Origin: Flaccisagitta enflata
Taxonomy: Eukaryota
Assembly (NCBI GenBank): GCA_965153355.1
Contig: OZ231126.1
Coordinates: forward strand, 21,080,001 to 21,144,000
Reading direction: 5' to 3'
Length of the DNA stretch: 64,000 bases
The notes beneath the pieces are model-generated. The model did not search any database. It was not told the origin of the DNA and saw only the letters and a list, made by a program, of their open reading frames with translations. A program made the translations under genes and the position numbers. Every line of letters starts with the position of its first letter. Positions within the stretch are counted from its first letter, which is position 1. Positions 30,873 to 44,769 of the stretch are shown piece by piece.

Positions 30873-30967
30873 AATGGTGAGGATGACTATGATGAAAAAT
30901 TGATGTTGACGATGATGATGATAGTAATGTGGATGATGATGATGATGATAATGATGAAGATGATGAC

Positions 30968-31049
<82 letters not shown>

Positions 31050-31103
31050 GTGATTGTGACGGTTGCGGTGATGATGATGTTTGCAGTGATGATGATGATG
31101 AAT

Positions 31104-31193
<90 letters not shown>

Positions 31194-31260
31194 CGATGAT
31201 GATGACGATGATGGTAGTGATGATGATGATAATGATGATGTAAAGATGTTGATGATGATG
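30782..31260. repeat. Interrupted (GAT)n microsatellite
   Basis: Direct reading; source of the poly-H/S/I/M/D ORFs. Confidence 0.95.
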
Positions 31261-32586
31261 ACAACGCCCGATACACGGCACTCTAGTCGCGTACGGTTGG
31301 GCAGGGGCAGTAATGCAGTAAAGTTCAGGGAGGGAGCAGGGAAGCGGCCCCGAAGAGGTTGATGACCCATGCTTTCACACATATGGGAAATTTACTCCTT
31401 CTCCTTCTTACAACTTATATTTGGGCCTTTGGGGTAATATTTGAGCCTAGAGGCTGACGTCGGGCCTCAAGGCTGGGATTTGGGCCTTGAGGCTGGGATA
31501 TGGGCCTCCAGGTTTAGATTTGGGCGTCCAGGCTGTGATTTTGGCCTCAAAGCTAGGATTTTGGCCTCGAGACAGAGATTGGGGCTTTGAGGCTGGGATT
31601 GGGGCCTCAAGGCTGGGATTGGGGCCTCAAGGCTGGGATCATGGCATCGAGGCAGGAGTTGGGCCTCAAGGCTGGGATTTGGGCATCAAGACTGGGATTA
31701 GGGCTTCGAGGCTAGGATTTGGGCTGAGGCTGGATTGGGGCTTTGAGGCTGGGATTTGGGCCTTGAGGCTGGGATTAAGGCTTTAAGGCTGGGATTGGAG
31801 TCTTGGGATTTGGGATTTGGGATGGGATTTGGACCAACAGGCTGGGCTATGGGCCAATAGGCCGGGATTTGGGCCAATAGGCTGGAATTTGAGCCAACAG
31901 GCCGAGATTTGGACCAACAAGCTCGGATTTGGGCCTTAAATCCGGGGGGGATGGACAGATGGATGGATGTAATGGTTCACCCCTGTGTTCTATAGGACAT
32001 CGGCCCTTTGTGGCCGCTGCCCAAAAAGAAGAATAAGACAAAAAATTCCCCGTATGTGTGAAAGCATAGGTCATCGATCCCTTCGGGACCGTTCCCCAAA
32101 AATGATTTGGAAAAAAGTCGAAGAGACGAAGTCCCTTCGGTCTTTTTGAGTCCTGCAGAGAAAAACAGATTTCCCTTTGTTTTATGAGGCGCTTGGGGAA
32201 GTTGCTGCATTTTGGGGGCAGAACGAGACTACGCATGAAATTAATAGCTAAGAAAGAGCTAATTCTCCTCTTTCAGATGACGCCAAGCAGAATTCTGTGC
32301 GATCGATAGTTTTGGAGGGGCATCCACTAAAGCACGTAATTCGTGCTTAAGTTAAATAGTTTTTCACTGAAGCACGACGGTGTGCTTCAGTGGAAAAAGA
32401 CATAACTGGCCTTTTTGAAGTTCGTGCTTCAGTGAAATGGGAAATCATTGATAAAATTCTGTTGTCGTGCTTCAATGGAAATGAAATGCACTAATTCTTC
32501 AACAAAAAATCATATATTTAGCTAGCTCTCTCTTTCTCCTTCTCTTTTCCTCTCTTTCTCTCTCTCTTTCTCGTTCTCTCTCTTTC

Positions 32587-32664
<78 letters not shown>

Positions 32665-33229
32665 ACACAAATTAAATGGATGAACAACAAGGCCGGATAC
32701 ACGACAATCCAGTCGCAGATGGTTGGGCAGGAGCAGTAATGCGAAAATGTGACGGACCGACCTACCGACCGACACAGCGTGTCCGCGACTAAAAAGGAGC
32801 TAACATTTACTCTCAGTTGATGGCCGCCAATGCTCTGGGTTTGACCACCCACTATGCGCCAAAATGACACAAAATGCACTGTGGGCTCAAAGGTATAAAA
32901 ATCAATACAAATTAAAAAATATATCTTTTATTCAAAAAATTGATAAAAAATGATGTTTTTTTATTATTCTATCAATTTTTCAAATATTAAAAAATGTGTT
33001 AATGATATGAAAGTGTCAAAACAGAAAAATGTATATAATTTTTTAGCAAAAAAATGAAAAAAATCAATTAAGAATTTTGTTTTAGTTATAAAGATCTATT
33101 ATGTTATAATTTTTTTTTTGATACTGAAAAATATCTTATGCTTGAAAAATCATATTAAAAAATTTTCAAGCAAAATAATTTTATACCTTAAAAACTTTTT
33201 AAATAAAGATGATTGAGAAAAAAAATCTT

Positions 33230-33560
33230 CAGTGAAATGAAAATTTTCATTGCAAAAATTTTTGATATGAAAATCTTCGAAGCAAAAATTTTTGAAAAAA
33301 AATAAGCTAAAAAAATTTAAGGTAAAAATTTTTGAAACAAAAATTTAAGTGAAAATTTTTGAAATAGAAATTAAAGCGAAAAAAAATTGAGCAAAAGAAA
33401 TTTTGAATGAATTAAATTTTCAAAGTGAAAATTCTAAAAATAGAAATATTTGTGTTGAAAATTTTCGAAGTGCAGATTTTTAAAATGAAAACTTTTTAAG
33501 TCTAAATTTTTGAAGTGAAAATTTTGATAAGAAAAAATTTTAAAATATGAAAAATTTAGC
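33230..33560. repeat. Degenerate AT-rich minisatellite (AAAATTTTTGAA core)
   Basis: Core recurs about every 20 bp within a very AT-rich block (~32900-33700). Confidence 0.55.
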
Positions 33561-33916
33561 AGGGTGTACAGTTGTGTAGCACACAATTGAACAAATAAAA
33601 CCAATTGTAAAGGAACAGTAATGCAAAATCTATAATTCTTAAAAAATCATAGTAAATGTATCTATTAAAATCAAAATATCTATAGTTTTCTCTTCTTTAA
33701 TCTTAAGTGCATTTTCTTTCGCTTCGGCCTATAGTGAGATCAAAAATATATTTTGATCTGAGGCAACCCAATGTGCAGCGTCGACAAGGCTGGTGGGCAA
33801 ATATTGTATCTTTGCAGACATGGAAGATCAGAATGAGGGACAGGCGGACCAACAGACACAACAAGGTATAGAGTGGCTTATACGCAACTAAAATGATATA
33901 AGCGTGTTTGACAACT

Positions 33917-34298
33917 AACAAGGCCGGATACACGGCAATCCAGTCGCGGACGATTGGGCAGGAGCAGTAATGTGAAAACCGCTCGGAATTTAAAAATGTG
34001 ACCTACCGACCTACCAACCGACCTACCGACCTACCGACCGACATGGCAAGGTGTAGAGTCCCGTGTCCGCGACTAACAAAGCCGGATACACGGCTACCCC
34101 AGTCGCGTGCGGGTGGGCAGGGGCCATAATTGAGGTCAGTGGAACATTTGGGCAGGAGCAATAAGGCCAAAACCCCCATTAACGCGGAAAAAGTAAAGTG
34201 TGACGGACGGACGGACCAACGGACCGACGGACCGACGGACCGACCGACGGACGGACCGACAAAGCGGGGTGTAGAGTCGCGTAGCACGCGACGAAAAA
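33917..34298 (-). mobile_element. Head-to-tail dimer of two family-A subtypes
   Basis: AGTCGCGGA-type copy 33917-34076 abuts the AGTCGCGTG-type copy 34075-34298 and shares an AA/TT junction. Confidence 0.75.
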
Positions 34299-34606
34299 TG
34301 ATAAAAGCACCTTTGAGGTAAGGGGACGATTCAAGCGAATGTTTACGACTATGTACGTTGTTAACTGGTTATCTGTTAAATGAATTCTATTCCTCATTTC
34401 TCCGAGACGTGCGCTGCTATCTCCCAAAGTTACGAGCAAGAAAGCAAATGTAAATCACTCCGAAGACCCCAGACAAAAGTAATCAAAGCAACAAAAGTTT
34501 CCAACACACACATACACGCACGCACACACGCACACACACAAACAAACAAACAAACAAACAAACAAACAAACAGACAAACAAACAAACAAACAAACAAACA
34601 AACAAA

Positions 34607-34678
<72 letters not shown>

Positions 34679-35760
34679 CTATCGCTCATCGAAAAATAGA
34701 AAAGTGAAAAGGACAAACACACTACCGCTCATCCACAAGCATAGGTCATCGGCCCCCACGGGGCCGCTGCCCAAAAAGGGGAAAAACCGACCGACCCACC
34801 CACCAACCGACCAACCAACGGACAAAGCGGGTTGTAGACTCGTGTAGCACATGACTCAACAGATTGTTGAAGCGAGAGTAAGGAGATGATTGGGTGAACG
34901 ACTAAAATTATTCACAAAAGAAATTGTCAGCGACACACGCACACCGTCATACGCACACACACGCACCCCCCCCTTCCCCCCCCCTCCTTCACACACACAC
35001 ACACGCCACACTCATAAATTTTTTGCAGCTCCAAAAACAGCCACTTCCTCTTAGATATCTAAGAACGAATCCAAAATTGGAACACATTTTCAGTCAGCTT
35101 TAATGGGACTCTATAAGCCCCTTTTTTGGTTAGTCAGTCCGTTGGTCGCCATCTGTCATGGAGCTATTTCTAAGGTATTTTTCGCGTATTTTTACATTTT
35201 TGAACGTAAGAGGGGATGGGATGCATGACGCACTGAAAATTACCATAGAATTTTCTACCCGAGCTAGATCAAGTCATGAAATTTATAAGATGAATATGGA
35301 GCATCACAGGGTTGTCACATATGGATACACTCTATAGCAACGGCCAAACGAGCGATATTCTTACAGAACATATTGTGGGAAAGTTGTAGCAAATTTAATT
35401 TTAAGCAATGTTCCCTTTAAAAAATTTCTCAATTCTTTTATATTTTAGCGGGAATACATGGAATTGTGTTTCCCTGGCAACCGACCATCATGGGCAATAA
35501 ATCATTCCTTCATTAGTTTATATTCCAAATATCAGTCCCCTAGCTTTATTTGTCTTCCCATTGTACTTGCCCCCGTCATCTCAAGTCTAGATGAGATCTA
35601 CTGTACAAAAAAAAAAAAAAAAACACAAGCATTGACCTAAGCAAAAATAGTAAAGTGAATGGTATCTTCGTCCTCTGGGTAAATCCTCTTACTTTAATTT
35701 CAGTGCGTCGTATACAGTGGTCTTTTTGAAAACTTTAGTCTGCCTGTCTCCCTGACTTTT

Positions 35761-36372
35761 GGGACATTTCCGGTCAGAGACAATTGCGTTTTCAACGGGC
35801 TACTCGGTCGTATGCTGCGTTTGTGCGCTTGCCCTGCTCACTCCGCTCATTCGCTCCGCAGTGCACCGCTTCGCAACGCTTGCTGGCTTGCTTGCTTCGC
35901 TCACTTGCTCCGTTCACGGGATCGCTCACTCACTTTGCTCACTCCCTCATCGGACAGTTGAAATTCTTGATTACCGTATTTCCTCTAATTAGCGCCCCGC
36001 CTCTAATTAGCGCCCCCCCTCTTTTAAAAAAATTACTCATCTCAGCTGTGGTTTTCATTTCATTAAAAATTATCAAATATTCAGATAATAATTGTGTTCC
36101 TTTATTTTTCTAACTTAATAATTGTTTTTTTTTCTGTTGAAATCCTTTATCTTATATTTTCTTACCCTAAATCTTTAGTTTTATTTTGTTTATCAGTATT
36201 TCATTCTTTGTCTGACTTGCCACAGGGGGCGCTAATTAGAAGGTAAAAGAGGCAATGTCATTTTTCAATTTTGTAAGCGCCCCGGGCGCTAATTAGGGGA
36301 AAGTATGTGTTCACACTGTAAACGAGTTTCACAGGAACAAACACGTTTTTGGTCATCACTAGAAACACGCCC
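35761..36372. mobile_element. Copy 2 of the 2749 MITE, interrupted by a nested element
   Basis: GTCAGAGACAA..GCGTTTT and CTAGAAACACGCCC shared with 2749-2985. Confidence 0.65.
35974..36303. mobile_element. Tc2/pogo-like MITE (CCGTATTT terminus)
   Basis: TA-CCGTATTTCCTCTAATTAGCGCCC / GGGCGCTAATTAGGGGAAAG-TA, right end eroded; repeated CTAATTAGCGCCCC motifs; inserted at the TA seen empty in copy 1. Confidence 0.7.
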
Positions 36373-37240
36373 TTAGTCTGAAAATGCCGATGCATGCGAC
36401 CTTATTTGAATTTTGAAAAAAGTAATAGCGATTTTCCAAAGGAATACTGCGTCACGTATTAGGTCTGAATTAGGACCGCGTGACTGACAAGAAAATGACT
36501 GTAGTAATTTCGGGGAAAATCGGGTTTCTTGGAGGGAAACAAGGCCAGATACACGGCATTCCAGTCGCGGACGGTTGGGCAGGAGCAATGATGCAAAAAC
36601 CGCTCGGAATTCAAAAATGTTACGGACAGACGGACGGACAGACCTACCGACCGACACGGCAAGGTGTAGAGTCGCGTGTCCGCGACTAAAAAGATAAGCA
36701 ATTTTCTACTTTTTAGTCGCGTGCTCGCGGCTCTACTACCCGCTCTGCCCATCTGTCTGTCGGTTCGTCCGTCACACTTTGCTTTTTTTCTCCGCCGCTG
36801 CCCACCCGCACGCGAGTGACGCGACAAAGGTTGCCGTGTATCTGGCCTTGTTTCATTATGTACACGGTTTTTCATGCGAACACGCCGAATACAAACGACG
36901 TTTCTTAGTCCCATGACATGATAATTGATTTCTAAGAAATGTTTTAATCATGCTCCCTCCAAAAAAAGGCACATCTTTTTCAAGCATCTTGGTTAGTTCA
37001 TATGAAGTGAAACTAAGATAAATCAGTGAGCATTTTAAGTAGTATAGGAAGGTCCAATTAGAATAAAGGATTCGGTACCAATTTTTTTGTTGAAATCCCA
37101 TCCCCGGCATGTGCTGAGATGGTTTTCATAGCTCAACGGTATTTTTGTAAAAATCATGGCCCCCTAAGAATAATTAAAAATCATGCAAATCATGGGGAAA
37201 TCTTTGTCCACCACCCCCCTGTTTGTAAGCTCATATTTTC

Positions 37241-37570
37241 TAAACAAATCAAGCTAATGACCTCAACTTGGGCTCATTTTAAAGAACAGACACAGCTCTT
37301 TAAAATGGGCCCAAGTTGAGGTCATTAGCTCAATTCGTTTAGGAGCAGCAGTCTTCCAAAGTTGATGCTTCCTTTGAGAAAAAGATAAATTGACCTCTCA
37401 TTATGTAGGCCTCTATCTTTTAAACTAATTAAGCTAATGACCTAAACTTGGGCTCATTTTAAAGAACAGACACAGTTCTTTAAAATGAGCCCAAGTTGAG
37501 GTCGCTAGCTCTATTCATTAAGGAGAAACAGTCTTCCAAAGTGTTTGCTTTTTTGAGAATAAAAACATTG
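37241..37570. repeat. 180-bp tandem duplication, each unit containing a 79-nt hairpin
   Basis: AGCTAATGACCT..TTAAAGA / TCTTTAAAATG..AGGTCATTAGCT at 37252-37330 and a variant at 37432-37510. Confidence 0.85.
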
Positions 37571-38387
37571 CCCCTTTGTTTTTGTCGGCTACCCAGGTCG
37601 CATGCGGGCGGGCAGGAGCAGTGATAAACAGGTTGCCCAAGGGCAATATGTGGTCAGCGATACCCGTTGCCCTGCTTTGAGTGATTGTAAATTGGAGTGA
37701 GGGGGAGCAGGGCAGCGGCCCCGAAGGGGACAAAGTCCTGTAGAACACAGGGGGACTTTCGTTCGTCCTGCCTGAAAAAGTGGATGAGATGCTAAAGAGG
37801 GCTGACTGATAGCCTTCAAGAGCCTAAACTGAGGTCTAAGAAGGCTGATGTAAGGCCTGAGAATGCCAATCAAAAGCTTGAGAGGGCTGACTTGAGGCTT
37901 GAGAGAGCTGGATTAAGGCTTGAAAGGTCAGAGGGCTGATTTGAGTGGTCTCAGAATGTTGTAGCTCTAAAACTTTAGAAATCACAATGATATAAATAAA
38001 CAAGGCTGGATACACGGCCAATACCAGTCGCGGACGGGTTGGCAGGGGCGGAATAGCGCGTTTTTGCACTTTCTCAACTCGATGACCTCTATGGACCAAC
38101 CGACCGATCCACCGACTGACCGACCCATCGACCCACGGACCGACCCACCGACCCACCGACCGACCAACAAACAAAGCTAGTCCGCGACTATAAAGGTCAA
38201 ATTGGCTCACTGCAAGAAAGAGCGTTTTTACCATACCAGTTAGAACTGTACCTTTCATTTTCATTTAATCATAACTCCTAAACGAATCAAATGAAAAATT
38301 TCTGCTCGGCGCCATTTTGAAGAAAGTTTTCTAAATTTTTTCTTCCTCATGAGTTTTTTTGGATTTGGTTAAGTATTTTCATTAATA

Positions 38388-38759
38388 ACGGGTGTTCAAA
38401 AAAAAGGGACTTTTTGTTTATGCTTTATTTATGATTAAGGATAACTCAAAGATGGAAAAAAAAACTTTTAAAAAAGTTCTAAAAATACAAACATACAATA
38501 AAACAAAAGATATCTCTAAAAAACATCCTTTTATTTTTTATTCAAATCTTTTTAACCAAAGTTTGGAAACTTATAAACAGTTATATTTATTTCAGACATA
38601 TTTTTTAAATTGATTGATTTTTTATGTTATTACTGATCTATGCAAACAATCCTGTTCTTTTTTATATACTTATTTTTTTTTTTAAACATCGACTTATAAA
38701 AAAATTTAAAACTTATTGAAGAAAATTCTAGCTTGGTCATTCTTTTTTTGACCACCCGT
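38388..38759. mobile_element. Tc1/mariner-like MITE (mirror copy 60483-60853)
   Basis: TA-ACGGGTGTTCAAAAAAA / TTTTTTTGACCACCCGT-TA. Confidence 0.75.
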
Positions 38760-39118
38760 TACTTTAAAAAACAAGAAAATTTTTCATGATCGAATGATCT
38801 ACTTTGGCAAGAGCAGAGTAATCAACTTCATTTAGTTGTCATTTGTTAACAAAAAAACTCGCAATATTCTGCTTGGTCTAGTTTTAAAGAACTTTTGAAC
38901 ATTTTTCTAATGGTCACTGATTTTCTAAAGTTTAATTTTAAGAGAGCAATTAAGCTTGCATTTAAATGAAGTCAACAGACAAAATCGGAGGTCACGAGCT
39001 GTACAAAACTTTTTTCAGAATTTAATTCTCATTTCTAGCAGCTAAGAAATGGTGTTTTGTAACCGGCGTGCTGGCCTAAAAAAAAACCTGTATGAACGCA
39101 AATCTTTAGTTCATGATA

Positions 39119-39444
39119 CAGTTGAACCCTGCTCTAACGGATTTCAGGGGACCAACTATTTTTAGTCGCGAACACGCAACTCTATATCTTGCCGTGTCGG
39201 TTGGTTGGTAGGTCAGTTGGTTGGTCGTCACATTTTTGAATTCCAAGCAGTTTTTGCATTACTGCTCCTGCCCAACCGTCTGCGACTGGATTGCCGTGTA
39301 TCCGGCCTTGTTTCTGTTATAGGTGGAACTCTGTTATTGCCAACAAAGGAAATAAATGAAATTTACTTGACAGGACTCTGAATTAGCATCAATTACAGGC
39401 GGAATTCCGTTGGTGGCGGGTTTGTTAGAGCAGAGTTCAACTTT
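39119..39444. mobile_element. pogo/Tigger-like MITE with a nested family-A element (39159-39313)
   Basis: TA-CAGTTGAACCCTGCTCTAAC / GTTAGAGCAGAGTTCAACT. Confidence 0.65.
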
Positions 39445-41065
39445 TATCATTTGCCCAACCGAGTTTGTTGGATTTTTCACCCGAATTGCCTATTTTGAAG
39501 GTGATTCCTTAACTTTACTGTCATAATTCAAGATCCACTCGATTTCAACACATGCCCCACACGCACAGATATTGACTTTTTTGGGCAGAGACCCTATAGG
39601 AGCCAATGACCTATGTAACAACATAAGAAGAAACTTCACCTCTCCCTTCTCTGTCCATCTGTCAATCCATCCATCCCCCCTAAGGTTCAAACCACTGCCT
39701 TCAAACCCATATCTCAGCCTCCTTAACAAGGGAGAAAACACGTTATCCAAGGCACATGGTACCCGATGCCCTGCTTGAAGTAATCAGCTGAAGAGGAGTG
39801 AGAGCCAGAAGAGAGCTAGAACAAGGCCGGATACACGGCTACCCTAGTCGCGTGCGGGTGGGCAGGAGCAGTGCTGGAGAAGGTCACCAGGGCATCTGGG
39901 CAGGCGCCGTACACTCAAAAAGCTTAAAAGCACCAAAAAAGTAATAGTCGCAAAAGCGTTAGATGGTCAGCGGTACCCGTTGCCCTACTTTGCATGGTTG
40001 TAAATTGTAATGAGAGGCAGGGCAGCGGCCCCGAAGGGGACCAAGTCCTGTAGAACACAGGGGACTCGTTCATTTGTCCATCCATTCGCCCGTCCATTCC
40101 CCCCAGGCCCTCTCAGGCCTGAAATCTGCCCTCTCAGGCCTAAAATCTGCCCTCTCAGGCCTGAAATTTGCCCTCTTCGGCCTTGAATCTGCAGAGTTGG
40201 GGCCTTTTAGGACAGGTTTCAGCCCTAAGAGAGCAGATTTCAGGCCTAAGAGGGCAGATTTTAGGCCTGAGAGGGCAGATTTCAGGCCTGAGAGGGCCTG
40301 GGGGGGATGAACGAACAAACGGACGGACAAACGAACGAAAGTCCCCGGTGTTCTACAGGACTTAGTCCCCTTTGGGGCCGCTGCCCAAAAAAGGTATCAA
40401 ATGGAAACCTGTCAGGTGGGACATTTTTGTTCATTTCAATTTGTGGAGTTTTTGCCTTTTTCGGTTGCCATTTCTAAACGAATTAACGTAGATAGGTCTG
40501 GTAGGCGCTCTTTTGTAGAAAAAACAAGAATTTCAGAATTCCTTCAATTTACGGGTTGTAGGGATGCTCACTTCATACTGCCGCCATTTCTAACCAAATG
40601 GAATTACAACTTTCTGCTTGGTCTAGATTAAACAAGGTCATTAGACCTAAGTCATGTGCGTCGGCACTTTCAAAAACAAGGCCGGATACACGGTAATCAG
40701 TTGCGGACAGGTGGGCAGGGGCGGAAATGCGCGTTTTCCCACTTTTCGACTCGATGGTTACGGACGGACGGACCGACCAACGGACGGACAAAGCCTCTTA
40801 TAGAGTTGCGTGTCCGCAACTAAAAAGTCAGGCAGACAGACAGACAAACCCTAACCCTAACCCTTCCCCTAACCCTCAAAGCTTCTTCTCCACTTCTCAA
40901 AAACATGAAAAACTCGAAAAAAAAACTTTGAAACAACTGACCAACAGACCGACGGACCAAAAAACGGCTTATAGAGTCACGTAACACGCGACTTAAAAAA
41001 AAAAAAACTTTATAATATATTTCAAACGGTCCCTTGATTTTTAGTATCTTTTTTAAACCAAGCAG

Positions 41066-41529
41066 ATCAAAGGGATGAAAACGCCATGGTCACTGATGAA
41101 TTGGAAGATGGAAAGATTGAAATTGACGGATCAGCAGAAACAAACCCAATCGGGCAATATGTGTTGACTGAGTCAATATGCGTATAGTTGCAACCCACAA
41201 AAATGAACCCAAGTATGATGGTAATCCGCCAATACTGGATATGAAATGATGATCCCTTCAAACCATTTCTTACTTCTTTTATTGGCAATAATGGAAAACT
41301 GCCTATGATATATGAAATTGGTTAGTCCCTTGACTTTGATTATTGTACTGAATTTTGCGTAGAACATTCAGCAGAAAAATGAGAAAGAAGCTGTTGAGTT
41401 TTTTTTCTTTGCCATAGTAACGCATCCTTGATTGTTCCTAAATGCGGCGGGGACCCTGTTTGTTTGGGCTCATTGAAGAAAGTAGAATGCAAAGGTGGCG
41501 TCAGTTGTGTAGGATTAGAATTTAGAAGG
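41066..41529 (+). pseudogene. Possible decayed exon encoding an acidic then Cys-rich peptide (mirror at ~57730-58195, minus strand)
   Basis: Frame DQRDENAMVTDELEDGKIEIDGSAETNPIGQYVL..FDYCTEFCVEH..CHSNASLIVPKCGGDPVCLGSLKKVECKGGVSCVG with 5 internal TAG/TGA stops; CAG acceptor-like site before and GTGAGG after; no family recognised. Confidence 0.2.
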
Positions 41530-41679
41530 GTGAGGATGAGATAATTGAGCGCTTGCATTCTAAAAAATTGTTGTATACAATTGGAAAATGCCATTCTAAG
41601 AGACTTTAATTCACCCATCCATCCATCCCACATTTTCTTTCTCTCTATCTTTCGTTTTTTCTTTCGTTTTTTCTTTCTT

Positions 41680-41990
<311 letters not shown>

Positions 41991-42190
41991 TTCTTTCTTC
42001 CTTTCTTCCTTGCTTCCTTTCGTTTTTACTGTCTTTCTTTCTTCAATGGATTCAAAGGCTCCGTAAAACATGACCACATAGGTGGGCAGCTCCTTGGCTA
42101 GGGTGCCCTAAAAAAGCCCAAATTTAACCTACTACGGTAAAAACAAATACACACCCACTCACACACACACACTCACACAATCATACACAC

Positions 42191-42316
<126 letters not shown>

Positions 42317-42449
42317 CAAAAATTGTTCGTCCACTGACAAAAATTGCATCAACCTATAGGGAGAGCAGACAAGGGTGACTTTATCCCTCACTGGATCGCA
42401 AATGGAGGTTTAAACCTCAAGCGTAAAAGTGCTATACTTTCTTATAACG

Positions 42450-42835
42450 CTAACCCTAACCCTAACCCTAACCCGCGACGCTCATGAGCGGGTGCATGTC
42501 GCTCACTTACTGAAACATTAACCCTAACCTCCAAACCCTAACCCTAACCTCCAAACCCTAACCCTAACCTTATTTGACTTCACTTTGGAGGTATATGGGT
42601 TAGGGTTAGGGTTAGGGTTAGGGTTTGACTTCTGATTTGAGGTATATGTTGCGGGTTAGGGTTAGGGTTAGGGTTAAACTTCACTTTGGAGGTTTATGTT
42701 GCGGGTTAGGGTTAGGGTTAGGTTAGGGTTTGACTTCACTTTGGAGGTATATGTTGCGGGTTAGGGTTAGGGTTGAGGGTTAGGGTTGGAGTTGAGAGGC
42801 TAGGGTTAGGGTTTGGGTTAACCCTAACCCGTTCA
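42450..42835. repeat. Interstitial telomere-like array: (CCCTAA)n block, then ~52-bp units ending in (TTAGGG)3-4
   Basis: Unit TTGACTTCACTTTGGAGGTATATGTTGCG(GGTTAG)n repeated about 4 times; smaller TTAGGG/CCCTAA clusters at ~9110-9200 and ~40848-40876. Confidence 0.85.
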
Positions 42836-43089
42836 GGTGAGTGAATGGGTTAAGTATCAATCCACTAATGCACGAACAGAGGTCAGGTATCAATCCTCTG
42901 AATCACGAATGCCAATTTCACTGAAGCTCGACGTCGTGCTTTAGTGGAATGAGACTTGACAGGGCCATTTTCAAGATTTTCTTTCGCGATTCAGTGAATA
43001 GGCCGTTTTGGAGCTATGATTTTTTAAATCTTTTTTAATTTTTTCACATTTTTCGCATTTTTCCCCAAAACGCGGAATCGAGTTAATTG

Positions 43090-43126
<37 letters not shown>

Positions 43127-43133
43127 GTCTGTC

Positions 43134-43221
<88 letters not shown>

Positions 43222-43740
43222 CTCTCTCACTCTCTTTTTCTCTCTCATTTTCTCCAGCAGCATTTACGACTTTTTTCCGACGGCGATTAGCCGCCCTTAT
43301 TGGTAATGAAGATGATACAGTCTGTCACGCACAGACAGTCACGCACTTGTGGGGAAGAGCAGCGCCATAAGGCAGTGAATGAATATGGTCGGTACTATCT
43401 GTGCCCTGGTCTCTGAAGAGGAAAAAGCCCTGGAATACGCAAAAGGAATCTGATTTGATTGGTCTCAGATCTTGGTGGAAAAGGGTGGGTTCTGAGTGAC
43501 TGAGTCTTGTAGGTCATTATCTGGGTCTTAGAAGCCAGAATAAGAAGCTTGAGGCAAGAATCTGGGTCTTTATGGCCATGTAATAGCACCATAGAATCTA
43601 AAGCTAAGTCTAAGGCTTAGACATAGATTAAGATTATTTAACCAAATTATCCCATTTGCCTGAATTTGGCCTTGCAGACGGGATGCTATTAGTAATCCAG
43701 CCATTGTTTCTCCGATTCTGTTGTCTGTACATGGTACATA

Positions 43741-43843
<103 letters not shown>

Positions 43844-43949
43844 CTTTGCGACTTTTTTTTTCTCCTTTCAATGTCACTTAGTGACTCGTGACACTGGTAC
43901 AGGCGCGGCGCAGCCTTCCGGAAAAAAAACTTAAAAGGCATTTCAAGAA

Positions 43950-44046
<97 letters not shown>

Positions 44047-44160
44047 TCAAGCGTTTCATTTTCCCCGACGAGAGAACATCATCGTCGCCGTACATCATTG
44101 TCTGTTTATCATTTTCAAACTTCACTTCCTCTTCTTCTACTATTTTTTTCTTCACTCTCT

Positions 44161-44263
<103 letters not shown>

Positions 44264-44553
44264 GCGGTCACGGGGTTTTGACAGGGAATGTTAGGAAGAA
44301 GTGTTGTACTACCGTATAACTATGACATAACTGTACAAATATCAATAAGCCTAAACTGTGTCGGTCCGATTGAAGTTGCGCTCGTCAGCGGCGAAGATCA
44401 AAGGCAGAATCGACTATCTTCGCCTTGTCTTATGATTTATGAGACTCAAGGAATGGAGAGAGAAACAGAGAGACAGCGAGCGAGAGAGCGAGAGAGAGCA
44501 GTGAGAAAAACAGAGTCACTGAGAGAGAAAAAAATTAAAAGAAAGGGTAGGAA

Positions 44554-44769
<216 letters not shown>

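Noticed and set aside
42450..42835. True telomere or telomere-fusion site
   Set aside because: Short, interrupted, internal, and in the wrong orientation for a fusion
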